DNA of 64,000 bases, taken from a virus. Its lineage: Duplodnaviria; Heunggongvirae; Uroviricota; Caudoviricetes. How positions within the stretch are numbered: position 1 is the stretch's first letter; every line of letters starts with the position of its first letter. The stretch lies in IMG/VR virus record IMGVR_UViG_2744054962_000001; one strand, written 5' to 3'. Below are positions 1-10,490 of the stretch, piece after piece. The notes beneath the pieces were generated by a model, which was given only the letters and a program-made list of their open reading frames with translations, searched no databases and was not told where the DNA came from. The position numbers and the translations under genes are program-made.

Positions 1-14
1 AGTACATCGTAGAC

Positions 15-3000
15 ATGGCGCAAAATGCGCCGTTCGCGATGCAGGCGTTAACAGATTCCTTCGTGAAGTTTCGTTCTGCTGGCTTAGATCCAACCGATGG
101 TTCTCTGAAGGCGCTGGTGGACTCCGTTGCTCGTTTTGGTGGTGATAGTGAGCTGTTGAAACGTGCGGCTGTGGCCGTTCAGCAGATGTCCGGTAAGGGC
201 GTTGTGTCAATGGAAGAGCTACGTCAGCAATTAGGTGAAGCCGTTCCTAACGCGATGCAGGCAATGGCAGACGCCGCAGGCATCACTATGGGGGAACTGA
301 CTAAAGCCGTTGCCAGCGGTACGGTTGAGGCAAAACAGGCGTTGTCTCTGATGTTTGTTGGTCTGCGTGCGGAGAATGAGAACGCAGCGAAAGACATGAT
401 GCAAACCTACACAGGTGCGCTGGCGCAACTTCAGACGTCATTCACGTTATTTGCTGATCGGGTTGGTCAGGCCGGATATCTGGATTCTCTATCGAAGGGG
501 ATGAAAGAACTGGCTTCAATCATGAATAGCGCCGAAGGGATTTCGTTTGCCAATTCTTTAGGCTCGGGGTTAACGACGGCAATCGATGGGTTGCGTCAGC
601 TTGCTCAATGGTTAGCAAAGAACCAAGAGCTGGTGATTAATCTCGGTAAGGTCGTGGCCGCGATGGTTGCGTTCAAACTGATGCGAGCAGGGATCATGGG
701 GGTAGTTGGCGCAGGCAGCCAGATGGTTAGCACCTTTGCCACGATGGCGACCGCCATACAGACTCCATTTAACCTCGGCGCTACAGCAGTAACCCGATTC
801 AATCGTGCGGCACGTATGGGGCTGGCTCCGATCCCCTCTCTTATTTTCGCCATCCGTGGGGCGATTACGGGGCTTAAAGGCGCTTTTGCTGGATTAACGG
901 CGTTCATTGCAGCAAACCCTATAGGGGCAGCATTTACAGTTGCCACTGTAGCTGTTGCTGGCCTAATCACGTACATGACCATGCTCCGCAGCGAAACTTC
1001 AAAGGTCGTTGACGAGATTAGGAAAATACCAGAGGCGATGACGGCGGCCAAACGTGCACAGATGGCGGAGTATAAAGCGCGTCTTGAGCAACAAATCACG
1101 CAAAAGGAACAAGAGTTAAAATCTGGCGAAAAGGTGGTTTATGGGCCGGGTATGGCCGGAACTACAGTAAAGATTAATCAGGATGAACGTAAGCGTATAG
1201 AAAATGAGCTAAATGACCTTCGTAAGAAACGCGATAAAACTACTGGGGCAATTGAACGCGGAGACATTGCTGTAGCCAAACGTCTTGCAAAAGATGCGGC
1301 AGAATCACAGATAGAGAAAATACGGGAAGAGAATAGAGACTTTGCGGCAACATTCGTGAAAGCCCGGCAGGAGGCTCTGGATAAGATCCAGAAAATCAAT
1401 GATGACGGTTCACTTTCAGATGACGAAAAGAACAAGCTATTGGCACCGTTACGTGAAACGGTAAACAAAAGCTATCTGGAGCCTGCGCAAAAACTGGTTG
1501 ATTCACTTTCTTCTCGTAAGAATGCTGTCGAGGGGCAAATAGCCACTCTTAATGATCAGCTTGAAAAAGCGAAAAAGGAAGGAAACACCGAGCAGATCAA
1601 GAAACTGCAAGGCAGTATTCGTGGTTATCAGGAGAATTTGGAAGTCGTCGCTCAGGAACTGACTCAGGCAGAGTTCGAGAGAGATAACGCTGCCAAAACT
1701 GGTAAGGGCGTAATGTCAAACCAGGGGACTGTTCTGGGGTTAGGTACAACTGATAAAGCTGCTCAGAAGGCGCTGGCGCAATATATGCGAAACCAGATGG
1801 ATTCTGCGACTTATCAACGTACTTTGCCTGACGGCACTCCGATGATGGACTTCGAAGGTAAGCCGATTATTGGGCCTAAACAACTCAAGACGCAGCTTAA
1901 TTTGCAGAAAGCATCCAGTGCCAGCTCTCTGGAGAAAATGAGCGATGAAGAGCGTGCCGCAGCCATTGCCGCACTTACTAAAGCTCGTGAACAGGATGCC
2001 GCAGCCGCCGAGAAAGCAGCCCAACGATCAGCTAATGCCTCGCAGCGTGCGGCCAAGAAAGAACAGGCAGCGCAACAGAAACTGGCGGCCGGATATCAGA
2101 AGGCTCTGGATAAAGCCGATCAGCTTATGGGGCAAATGGGTGAAAGCTCTAAGGCTACGGTATCGTTTGATCAGTCTCTTCGCGATACAACAAAATCGCT
2201 AACTGATTTGGCTAATGCGATTCCTAACGAGTTCATCACTCAAGAGATGATCGACAAGGCGAAAAAACGTCTTGAAGACCTCAAAAATGCGACACCTGAA
2301 TATCGCGAGATGTTTAATCGCCGCAATGTTGAGCAGATGATCTCCACTTGGGCACCGAAGGCGGATTCCATTATTAGTGCTGGCTATACGCCGTCTCGCG
2401 AAGATAAAGTTGCTGATTTCGAAGACACCTACAACCGCAATCTCAAAGCGTTGATAGAACTTCGTGATAAGGCGTCTGATCCTAAAGTTGTGGCGCTTTA
2501 TACAAAGAAAATCAATCAACTGATTGCTGCTGGCAATACCGCGCTTATTAAAGAGACGGGGACTGCGACGCAGAAGTTGGCACTGGAATACGAAAACCTG
2601 GCAGAGCAGATCGAAAGCACCTGGACTGATTTGTTTAGTGGCTTAACTGATGTCCTGACTGATTTCGTTATTAACGGGAAGATGAGCTTCTCCAGCCTGT
2701 CTCAGTCCATTTTGAAAGATATCACCAATATGGTCGTGAAGTCGCAAATCACGCTGCCTCTAATGAACATGTTGGGGATGGGAGCCACCGCAGCTGGTAG
2801 TTCACAGAGTGGTAATTTGCTCACCGGGGTTGCTTCCGCAGTTGCCAATCAAGGTGTGCGCATAAGCAACACTGTTAATGGCGACAAGTCGGTAGGAGAA
2901 GCCACGAAGGAGACGTCCAGTTCGGTAACTGGATTGGGGCAAACAACACAGCAGACCACCAGCGCAATTGGCACTGCAACAAATGCGATTGGTAGCTGGG

Positions 3001-3689
3001 TATCAGGGCTATTTGATAGCACTGAAGCCAAAGATGCCGAGACAAAAGCCGTGAAGGACTCCATCTTCTCGATGCAGAACCTCAGCTCTGTTACCGGCGC
3101 TCTGTCTGCCGCGTTTGCAATGCTTGGAGCTAATGCTTCCGGCTCTGGTAATAAGTGGTTGAATTTCGGCGCGACAGTTGCATCTGGTTTGGTTTCAGTA
3201 TGGGCTGGTGGTGGATTCGATGGATTGATGTCCGGTTCTTCTGGCTCAACTTCCGGGTTCAACAATCTGACCAGTTCTGCTGCCGATGGCACGAATGGTA
3301 TTCCTGCAATTCCGAAGTTTGCAAATGGTGGCATATTCGGAAAAGACGGCGTGATCCCGCTCCGGGCATACCAGAAAGGCGGTATCGCCAACTCACCTCA
3401 ATTGGCGTTGTTTGGGGAAGGCGATATGAATGAGGCGTATGTTCCATTGCCTGATGGTCGAACAATCCCTGTAACGCTCAGTACCGATGGTATGAGTGGA
3501 GGAGGAAATGTTCTTTCTCCGGTATCAATTGAGATCAACGTCCATAGTGACGGTAGCACAACTGAATCCGGCGATACAGAAAGCATATGGAACAATGCCG
3601 CTCAACGGATGAAAGCAATCGCGCTTGAGACTATCGCTCAAGAGAAACGCCCTGGCGGATCACTCAACCCAAACACTCAACGTAACTAA
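15..3689 (+). CDS. tail tape measure protein
   Basis: 1224 aa, long alpha-helical/coiled-coil body, hydrophobic segments, lambda gpH-like C-terminal region (GGIFGKDGVIPLRAYQKGGIANSPQLALFGEGDMNEAYVPLPDGRTIPV); sits immediately upstream of gpM/L/K/I/J-like genes. Confidence 0.85.
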   Translation: MAQNAPFAMQALTDSFVKFRSAGLDPTDGSLKALVDSVARFGGDSELLKRAAVAVQQMSGKGVVSMEELRQQLGEAVPNAMQAMADAAGITMGELTKAVASGTVEAKQALSLMFVGLRAENENAAKDMMQTYTGALAQLQTSFTLFADRVGQAGYLDSLSKGMKELASIMNSAEGISFANSLGSGLTTAIDGLRQLAQWLAKNQELVINLGKVVAAMVAFKLMRAGIMGVVGAGSQMVSTFATMATAIQTPFNLGATAVTRFNRAARMGLAPIPSLIFAIRGAITGLKGAFAGLTAFIAANPIGAAFTVATVAVAGLITYMTMLRSETSKVVDEIRKIPEAMTAAKRAQMAEYKARLEQQITQKEQELKSGEKVVYGPGMAGTTVKINQDERKRIENELNDLRKKRDKTTGAIERGDIAVAKRLAKDAAESQIEKIREENRDFAATFVKARQEALDKIQKINDDGSLSDDEKNKLLAPLRETVNKSYLEPAQKLVDSLSSRKNAVEGQIATLNDQLEKAKKEGNTEQIKKLQGSIRGYQENLEVVAQELTQAEFERDNAAKTGKGVMSNQGTVLGLGTTDKAAQKALAQYMRNQMDSATYQRTLPDGTPMMDFEGKPIIGPKQLKTQLNLQKASSASSLEKMSDEERAAAIAALTKAREQDAAAAEKAAQRSANASQRAAKKEQAAQQKLAAGYQKALDKADQLMGQMGESSKATVSFDQSLRDTTKSLTDLANAIPNEFITQEMIDKAKKRLEDLKNATPEYREMFNRRNVEQMISTWAPKADSIISAGYTPSREDKVADFEDTYNRNLKALIELRDKASDPKVVALYTKKINQLIAAGNTALIKETGTATQKLALEYENLAEQIESTWTDLFSGLTDVLTDFVINGKMSFSSLSQSILKDITNMVVKSQITLPLMNMLGMGATAAGSSQSGNLLTGVASAVANQGVRISNTVNGDKSVGEATKETSSSVTGLGQTTQQTTSAIGTATNAIGSWVSGLFDSTEAKDAETKAVKDSIFSMQNLSSVTGALSAAFAMLGANASGSGNKWLNFGATVASGLVSVWAGGGFDGLMSGSSGSTSGFNNLTSSAADGTNGIPAIPKFANGGIFGKDGVIPLRAYQKGGIANSPQLALFGEGDMNEAYVPLPDGRTIPVTLSTDGMSGGGNVLSPVSIEINVHSDGSTTESGDTESIWNNAAQRMKAIALETIAQEKRPGGSLNPNTQRN

Positions 3690-3694
3690 CTATC

Positions 3695-3716
3695 GACTGC
3701 CCCGACCGGGGCAGTC
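3695..3716 (+). terminator. stem-loop after tape measure gene (GACTGCCCC-gacc-GGGGCAGTC), no clear T-run
   Basis: 9-bp perfect inverted repeat read from sequence; could be attenuator or RNA processing site rather than terminator. Confidence 0.3.
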
Positions 3717-3731
3717 TCACAAGGATGTGAG

Positions 3732-4067
3732 ATGGAAAGACAAACGTTTAATTGGTATCCAGATTACGAATCTGAAAAAAGCGTAAAACCGAATGTAACG
3801 GTACTTAATTTTGGTGATGACTACGAGCAGCGACAGGCTCAAGGTCTTAATCGTATTAAAGAAGAATGGTCGTTAACCTTTACCAGATCATACAACGAAA
3901 TTAATGCAATCGATGACTTCCTGACTGAGCGAGCAGGCGTTGAGTCGTTCTATTGGGTTAATCCAAGAGGAAAACGGATTGTAGTTGTATGTGACAGTCA
4001 TACGGTCAAGCGATATCAGGGGTACTGTGTCTTAACTGCTACATTCAGACAAGTATTTGAGGCTTAA
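3732..4067 (+). CDS. minor tail protein (lambda gpM-like)
   Basis: 111 aa, position directly after tape measure and before gpL-like gene; size and synteny as in lambda. Confidence 0.55.
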   Translation: MERQTFNWYPDYESEKSVKPNVTVLNFGDDYEQRQAQGLNRIKEEWSLTFTRSYNEINAIDDFLTERAGVESFYWVNPRGKRIVVVCDSHTVKRYQGYCVLTATFRQVFEA

Positions 4068-4116
4068 GTATCTGGATAAGTAAGTACTAATTTACTATCA
4101 TTGTGGCGCTGACAGG

Positions 4117-4848
4117 ATGCTAGCGCCTACTTATTTCAAGGATGAAACAATGGGAATTAAAGCTGATATTCAGAGCTTATCTCCCTCTGCACTCATTGAG
4201 TTGTTCGTACTGGATATGTCGAACACAACTTCAGGGGGGAAGTTATTCTTCCACGCCGGAACAAACGAACTGATGCAACCGGTCGTCTGGCAAGGAGTGA
4301 CATACGAGCCGTGGCCAATCAAAGCATCAGGCTTTGACAAAACTGGCCAGGGAACGTTGCCACGTCCAAAAATTCAGGTATCGAACTTTGCCGGAACCGT
4401 CTCTGCGGAAGTTCAGGCGAACGACGATCTTGTTGGCTGCCGCATTATTCGCAAGATGACGCTGGCTCGCTTCCTCGATGCCGTTAATTTTAAAGACGGC
4501 AACCCAACAGCAGATCCAAACCAACATTTCCCGGATGAAATGTGGTTTATCGAACAGAAAACTCTCGAAACTCATCAGGTTGTCGAGTTTGAATTGTCCA
4601 GTGTGTTCGATTTGATGGGGGTGCAACTGCCGTATCGTCAGATCATTAAAAACACCTGCCCGTGGAAATACCGAGGGCCAGAATGCGGCTATACCGGTCC
4701 ATATTTCGACAAAAATAACCAGCAGACGTCTATGTCTGGTGCTGATTACTGCACAAAACGTTATGACGCCTGTAATGCGCGTCGGAATTATTTTGCCAAC
4801 GGAGTGATCCATTTTGGCGGGTTTATTGGAGCTACGCGATATGGGTAA
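4117..4848 (+). CDS. minor tail protein L-like
   Basis: 243 aa; C-terminal Cys cluster CPWKYRGPECGY...YCTKRYDAC as in lambda gpL; synteny. Confidence 0.65.
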   Translation: MLAPTYFKDETMGIKADIQSLSPSALIELFVLDMSNTTSGGKLFFHAGTNELMQPVVWQGVTYEPWPIKASGFDKTGQGTLPRPKIQVSNFAGTVSAEVQANDDLVGCRIIRKMTLARFLDAVNFKDGNPTADPNQHFPDEMWFIEQKTLETHQVVEFELSSVFDLMGVQLPYRQIIKNTCPWKYRGPECGYTGPYFDKNNQQTSMSGADYCTKRYDACNARRNYFANGVIHFGGFIGATRYG

Positions 4849-5638
4849 TAAAGCAATCCCTGAGCTTGGCTCTGATGTTATGCAGCAAATCTATCTCTGC
4901 GCCATAAATCGCTACCCTAATGAAGCGTGTGGCTTTCTGGTGAGAACTAATGGCGACAAATATCGCTTTATGGAAGCGCGAAATGTTTCGGAGAACCCGC
5001 AGAACACTTTTGTAATGCACGTTGACGACATTATGGCGGCAGAGGATGCGGGTGATGTTATCGCAATCTGGCATTCACATACTGATGAATCAGCAGAAGC
5101 ATCTGATGCCGATCGTGCAGGCTGCGAAGCGACGGAAGTTCCGTGGATGATTCTGGCTATTCGCAAGAATGTTGAGGGAGATGCCCCTTTCCATTTTAGC
5201 GAGATGAATGTGATCACTCCTGATGGTTTCGAAATGCCATACCTGGGTAGACCGTATGTATTTGGCGTATTCGATTGCTGGATGTTGTGTCGGGACTATT
5301 TGAAGCGTGAGTTTAACGTCGAGCTTAACCCGAACGCACACCTGCATATTCCATCGTGGTACACCGGCGATAACGACATTCTCGACCAGAACTACCGAAA
5401 CGAGGGATTGGTACGGCTTGCGCCTGGAACAAAGCCTCAACGTGGGGACGTCTTCTTTATTCAATACGGGAAAATGCCAGATCACTGCGCGGTTTATATC
5501 GGCGATGGAATGATTCTTCATCACCAGATCGACCGTCTTAGTTGTCGTGCTTATTACGGCGGAATGTATCAGAAACATACGACGCATCACTTGCGTCACA
5601 GAGACTTGCTCAAGGGAGATGAGACGTGTCTGAGTTAG
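4841..5638 (+). CDS. tail assembly protein K-like (MPN/JAMM plus NlpC/P60-like)
   Basis: EACGFLV and WHSHTDE (JAMM-type HxH) motifs, later Cys/His peptidase-like region; ORF track starts at 4814 but the ATG at 4841 overlapping the gpL stop is the likelier start. Confidence 0.6.
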   Translation: MGNKAIPELGSDVMQQIYLCAINRYPNEACGFLVRTNGDKYRFMEARNVSENPQNTFVMHVDDIMAAEDAGDVIAIWHSHTDESAEASDADRAGCEATEVPWMILAIRKNVEGDAPFHFSEMNVITPDGFEMPYLGRPYVFGVFDCWMLCRDYLKREFNVELNPNAHLHIPSWYTGDNDILDQNYRNEGLVRLAPGTKPQRGDVFFIQYGKMPDHCAVYIGDGMILHHQIDRLSCRAYYGGMYQKHTTHHLRHRDLLKGDETCLS

Positions 5639-6219
5639 TTCATGTGCAGCTTGGCGGCCCTATGGCCAAACATTTTGGCCGCCACTGGCATCTAAAGGTG
5701 CGCAATACAAAACAGGCTCTGGATTTAATTGAGGCCAACAAGCCTGGGTTTAAAGCATGGATGAAGCGCAATATCAAAACCTATGACCGTTACCACATCC
5801 AGATCACCAATAAACAGGGCCACAAGTGGTCTGTTGACGAAAGTGAATATCAGATGATGGGGCAGTCTGACAACATTGCCAAAATCCGCATTACACCTGT
5901 TCCGCGAGGAAGCGGTGGATCTGCTTTTGGGTGGTTTCAGACGGTAGTAGGGGCCGCTTTGTTGGTTGTATCGGCGGTAGTGATGCCTGCTTTAGCACCT
6001 CTCGGTTTGTCACTGATGATGGGCGGCATATCACAAATCATATCGCCGCAAGCCACTAACGAAAGTGTGAGACAGGCAGATAACTCGAACTCTTATTATT
6101 TCGACGGCCCTCAAAATACAGAAAACCAGGGCAACCCAGTACAACTTATCTATGGCGAGGAAATTCTGGTTGGCTCACAGGTTGTGAGTTCTTCAATCAC
6201 GATTGACCAGCTAATGTAA
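5626..6219 (+). CDS. tail assembly protein I-like
   Basis: 197 aa with hydrophobic central segment; position between K-like and J-like genes. Confidence 0.45.
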   Translation: MSELVHVQLGGPMAKHFGRHWHLKVRNTKQALDLIEANKPGFKAWMKRNIKTYDRYHIQITNKQGHKWSVDESEYQMMGQSDNIAKIRITPVPRGSGGSAFGWFQTVVGAALLVVSAVVMPALAPLGLSLMMGGISQIISPQATNESVRQADNSNSYYFDGPQNTENQGNPVQLIYGEEILVGSQVVSSSITIDQLM

Positions 6220-6230
6220 ACAAGGATTTT

Positions 6231-9200
6231 TTGAACATGGAACAGTTCAAGAAGAAAAAGCTACCGCTGTTTATTGCCGGTGCGGGTGGTAAAAAAAGCA
6301 GCAAAAGCTCCAGCCGTACACCGGTTGAAGCCGACGATACCGTAAATTCTCGTGCAATGGCCGCTATCCTCGATCTTCTTGGGGAAGGGGTAATTGGCGG
6401 CTTAGTAAATGGCGCAAGATCTATTTTTATCGACGATCTGCCGATTGTAAATGAAGACGGTTCCTCCAACTTCAGCGGAATCACATGGGATTTTCGCGAC
6501 GGTTCACAAGACCAGACTCCAATGTCTGGCTTTGATTTCGTTGAAACGCCTAAATCCGTCAATATCCAGTTAAAAAAAACACATTATGTAACGGTTTCAA
6601 TCGATAACGATGAAGCTGATCGGGTTCGTGTCATCATGAAGTTTCCTTCTTTGCGAAGCATAGATAAAAAAACTGGTGACACGAACGGTACGACTGTTGA
6701 GTACAAGTTCCAGATAGCAAATGGCGACTCAACATTTGTAGATGTGGTCGCTGAAGGTGAAAAAAGCGTTGGCATTAAGCTAACAGCAAAGAAGACCGGC
6801 GTTTATTACCGTAGCTATGAGCTGAAGCTGCCTAAGCCTGGACGAGCATACAAGGTTCGTGTGGTCCGTATTACCGATGATAACAGCAGCCAGTATCTCT
6901 ATAACGATACATGGGTGGACTCAATAGGTGAGATTGTAGATACACCGATGAACTACCCAAACTCTGTGCTGGTGGGTCTGAAGGTTAATTCTGAGCAGTT
7001 TGGTAGCACCATGCCATCTCGTTCGTATTTGGTACGTGGATTAAAAATTCGCGTGCCGTCAAACTACAACGAGGCCAGCAACACTTATGATGGTGTATGG
7101 GATGGCACTTTTAAGCTGTTGTCTTCTTCAAACCCCGCGTGGATTCTCTTTGATTTGCTGACCAATGCTCGATATGGCCTTGGTCAGTATGTGTCGGAAT
7201 CTATGATTGACCTTGGCCAGTTGTACCAGATTGGTCGATATTGTGACGAAGAGGTCGATGATGGCTTTGGTGGCAAAGAGAAACGCTTTGCAATCAATAC
7301 GCAGATCACCAGTCGACAGGACGCATACCGGCTAATTCAGGATATTGCCGGAGCATTCCGCGGCATGGTGTTTTGGGCTGGTGGGATGGTTAACATCATG
7401 CAGGATAGCCCATCAGATCCGGTAATGATGTTTACCAACTCTAACGTCAAAGATGGATTGTTTACCTATAAAGGTTCTGCGCGTAAAGATCGCCCATCCG
7501 TTGCGCTCGTAACCTACAACAACAAGGAGGACGGTTATAAGCAAAACATCGAGTACGTTGAAGATCAGGACGCAATGCGCCGTTATGGTGAGCGTAAGAC
7601 AGAAGTCGTAGCATTTGGCTGTACAAGCCGAGGCCAGGCCCACCGAGTTGGTTTATGGCTTTTGTATACAGCCAGAATGGAGTCGGATGTAATTACATTT
7701 ACTGCCGGCTTAGATGCGTCATTCCTGATGCCTGGTGAAACCGTTCTGATTCAGAACAAATATCGCGCAGGCAAACGTAACTCAGGTCGAATTGTGGCGT
7801 TTACCAAAAACAGCGTCACACTCGATGCGCCTGTGTCGTTAGCCAAAGGCGGCTGCTTTATTCGAATACTGAATCAGGAAGGCAAAATCGTTGAACGCGA
7901 TGTTCTTGAAACTGGCGAAAATATAACAAAAGTTACGTTTTCAAAAGCCCTGTCTTCTGCTGAAACGCCTGTTTTGAACGGCGTCTGGACTATTACAGAA
8001 CCAGATCTCGAACCTATGCGCGTTCGCATTGTTAACATAGCACAGGGGGAAACGCCGGGTAGCTTTGACATCACCGCTGTTGAGAACAATCCGTCTAAAT
8101 ATGAGGCGATCGATAATGGTGCAACGCTTATCCCGCAGAATACGACGGTATTGGACCCGACTTATTCCAAGCCGTCTAATTTGCAAATCACTGAAGGGAC
8201 TTATCTCTCAAGCCCGGGCAACCTGTCAGTAAAACTGACTGCAACATGGGAAGGGAAATCTCCAGAGTATTGGATCAGTTGGCGACGTTCTGATGCAAAC
8301 AATGTATCGAACTGGCAATCGGCGCGTGTAACCGAAGAGCAATACGAAATCGTTAATGTCGCGGAGAATGGACGCTACGACTTCCAGCTGTATGCGGTTT
8401 CATTCAACGGTAAAAAAACAGAGATTATCAGTACCGTTTATCAGGTGCTGGGCACAATGACACCGCCAGATGCCCCAACGTCATTAACGGCCGTTGGAGA
8501 CTATCGTAATGTGATACTGAATTGGGTTAATCCAGATTCGGTAGACCTTGATCACATTAATGTTTACGCATCCCAGACCAACAATCTGGATACAGCGAAA
8601 CTGATCGCAGAGTCTGCAAGCACCACCTTTACACATGCTGGTCTTGGGGATAGCGAAACGTGGTATTACTGGGTTCGTGCGTCAAACAAGCGCGGTATGT
8701 TGAGTCCTCCGAACTCAAACTTGGGTACAGAGGCGACGACTCGCGATGTGCTGTCGTTCCTGACAGGCAAAATTACGTCTTCTGAACTTGGCCAGACTTT
8801 ACTTGAGGAAATCGACTCAAAAGTATCTCAGGAGGCGGTGGATTCCATCTATCAACAGATGGAAGAAAGTCTGAAAATCCTCGATGACAAATTTACAGAT
8901 GCCGATCAGCGGCTTGAAGAAGCTCAAAACAATCTTAAAACGGAAGTTTCCGGTACTGTCAGCAAGGTGGAAGACGCACTTAAGGAGGTTGCAAACTCTA
9001 ACGCTGCCTTAATTCAGTTGCAGGAAACTGTATCAGAGCAGGGTAAAGCTGTAGCTGGAGCTGTTGAGGCGGCAAATGCAGCACTTGACAATTCATCGGC
9101 TTTAATTGCGGAGGAGCGTGAAGCACGAGTTGAGGGTGACTTGGCAAACGCGAAAGAAATCGAGGCGATGAAGTCAACTGTAGATAGCAGTTTAGCCACC

Positions 9201-10397
9201 ATTGAAGAAATGAAAAAAACCGTGGCTGAAGTTGAACGTTCTAGTGCCGAAGTTACGACAAACATTGAGGCATTGGCTAAAACAAACATCGATCTTGCTT
9301 TGCGTCAGGATGAAGATCAGCACAAGCAGATGGTGAGTAATGCGAAGATCACCACAACTCAGAAGGCTTTTGCAGACGATATATCTGCAATGGCTACGAA
9401 AATGGAGGAAATTCGCGCTGAAATAAATGAGGATATCAGAGCTTCAATCACTGAAGAAACAACGGCTCGTGTAGATGCTGATAATGCTATTGCAAGCAGA
9501 ATCACCAAACTTGAATCAAAGATTAACGATGATATTTCTGCCGCAATTGTGAGTGAACAAGAGGCACGAGCTAGTGCCGATGAAGCACTTTCAAAAGAAA
9601 TACTATCGTTACAAGCCAAAATTGAAGGCGATATTAGTGCAGCTATATCTGAAGAAAAAATTGCCCGAGCAACTGCTGATGAATCTTTAGCACAACAGAT
9701 AACCACATTGAAGAGCCAGACGGGTAAAGATATTAAGGCGGCTGTAGCAGAAGAGACGAAAGCCAGAACTGACGCTGATTCGGCTTTGGCTTCTAGCATC
9801 ACTAATCTACAGGCGCAAACGAGCAAAGATATTAATGCCGCGATTACGTCTGAGGCGACTGTGCGCACAAACGCCGACAATGCTCTAAGTGGACGAATTG
9901 ACACCTTAAAAGCATCAGTTGATGGAAATACAGCGACAATTCAAGAGCAGGCAACTGCTATTGCTGATACTAACAAAAAGGTTTCAACCGCGTGGACGTT
10001 GAAGATGGAAACGTCAACAAGTGGTGGGCAAAAATATGTCGCAGGTATTGCGCTTGGAATTGACACCACGGGGCTTTCCCAGTTTTTGGTGCAAGCAGAT
10101 CGATTTGGTCTAGTTAACTCAGTTAACGGAAAGATCACCACACCATTTGTTATCGAAAACAGCGTTGCATACATGAATGGTGCGTATATTAAGGATGGTA
10201 CTATCACAAATGCAAAGGTAGGTGACTTGCAATCAACAAACTTCGTAAGCGGACGAGCCGGATGGCGATTTGGTAAAAATGGAACGCTTGAGATCAACGG
10301 CAATAGTGGCGGCAATGGGAGATTGGTTATAAATGGTCAGAGGATTGACGTTTATGATGACAATAATGTCCTTCGAGTGAGGATTGGTCGGCTTTGA
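6231..10397 (+). CDS. host specificity protein J-like central tail fibre
   Basis: 1388 aa; long stretches recognisably similar to lambda J (e.g. NSVLVGLKVNSEQFGS, VPSNYN...GVWDGTFK, FGCTSRGQAHRVGLWLLYT, KYVAGIALGIDT); contains an inserted coiled-coil repeat block not present in lambda J. Confidence 0.8.
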   Translation: MNMEQFKKKKLPLFIAGAGGKKSSKSSSRTPVEADDTVNSRAMAAILDLLGEGVIGGLVNGARSIFIDDLPIVNEDGSSNFSGITWDFRDGSQDQTPMSGFDFVETPKSVNIQLKKTHYVTVSIDNDEADRVRVIMKFPSLRSIDKKTGDTNGTTVEYKFQIANGDSTFVDVVAEGEKSVGIKLTAKKTGVYYRSYELKLPKPGRAYKVRVVRITDDNSSQYLYNDTWVDSIGEIVDTPMNYPNSVLVGLKVNSEQFGSTMPSRSYLVRGLKIRVPSNYNEASNTYDGVWDGTFKLLSSSNPAWILFDLLTNARYGLGQYVSESMIDLGQLYQIGRYCDEEVDDGFGGKEKRFAINTQITSRQDAYRLIQDIAGAFRGMVFWAGGMVNIMQDSPSDPVMMFTNSNVKDGLFTYKGSARKDRPSVALVTYNNKEDGYKQNIEYVEDQDAMRRYGERKTEVVAFGCTSRGQAHRVGLWLLYTARMESDVITFTAGLDASFLMPGETVLIQNKYRAGKRNSGRIVAFTKNSVTLDAPVSLAKGGCFIRILNQEGKIVERDVLETGENITKVTFSKALSSAETPVLNGVWTITEPDLEPMRVRIVNIAQGETPGSFDITAVENNPSKYEAIDNGATLIPQNTTVLDPTYSKPSNLQITEGTYLSSPGNLSVKLTATWEGKSPEYWISWRRSDANNVSNWQSARVTEEQYEIVNVAENGRYDFQLYAVSFNGKKTEIISTVYQVLGTMTPPDAPTSLTAVGDYRNVILNWVNPDSVDLDHINVYASQTNNLDTAKLIAESASTTFTHAGLGDSETWYYWVRASNKRGMLSPPNSNLGTEATTRDVLSFLTGKITSSELGQTLLEEIDSKVSQEAVDSIYQQMEESLKILDDKFTDADQRLEEAQNNLKTEVSGTVSKVEDALKEVANSNAALIQLQETVSEQGKAVAGAVEAANAALDNSSALIAEEREARVEGDLANAKEIEAMKSTVDSSLATIEEMKKTVAEVERSSAEVTTNIEALAKTNIDLALRQDEDQHKQMVSNAKITTTQKAFADDISAMATKMEEIRAEINEDIRASITEETTARVDADNAIASRITKLESKINDDISAAIVSEQEARASADEALSKEILSLQAKIEGDISAAISEEKIARATADESLAQQITTLKSQTGKDIKAAVAEETKARTDADSALASSITNLQAQTSKDINAAITSEATVRTNADNALSGRIDTLKASVDGNTATIQEQATAIADTNKKVSTAWTLKMETSTSGGQKYVAGIALGIDTTGLSQFLVQADRFGLVNSVNGKITTPFVIENSVAYMNGAYIKDGTITNAKVGDLQSTNFVSGRAGWRFGKNGTLEINGNSGGNGRLVINGQRIDVYDDNNVLRVRIGRL

Positions 10398-10490
10398 TTG
10401 TGGAAAAAAATAATCATTTCTGTAAAAATAGGTAGGTACTAACTTAATGGTGGGCATGGAACGCCCACCATATCTAGGAGCAAAGGATAA

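Noticed and set aside
605-1099. Antisense ORFs inside the tape measure gene (605-1099, 1178-1468, 1740-2024, 2849-3391 and others)
   Set aside because: They lie wholly within a long, well-supported + strand gene, have no start context, and their compositions are mirror artefacts of the coding strand.
9359-9904. 181-aa minus-strand ORF opposite the J-protein coiled-coil repeats
   Set aside because: Low-complexity antisense of the repeat block; no independent start signals.
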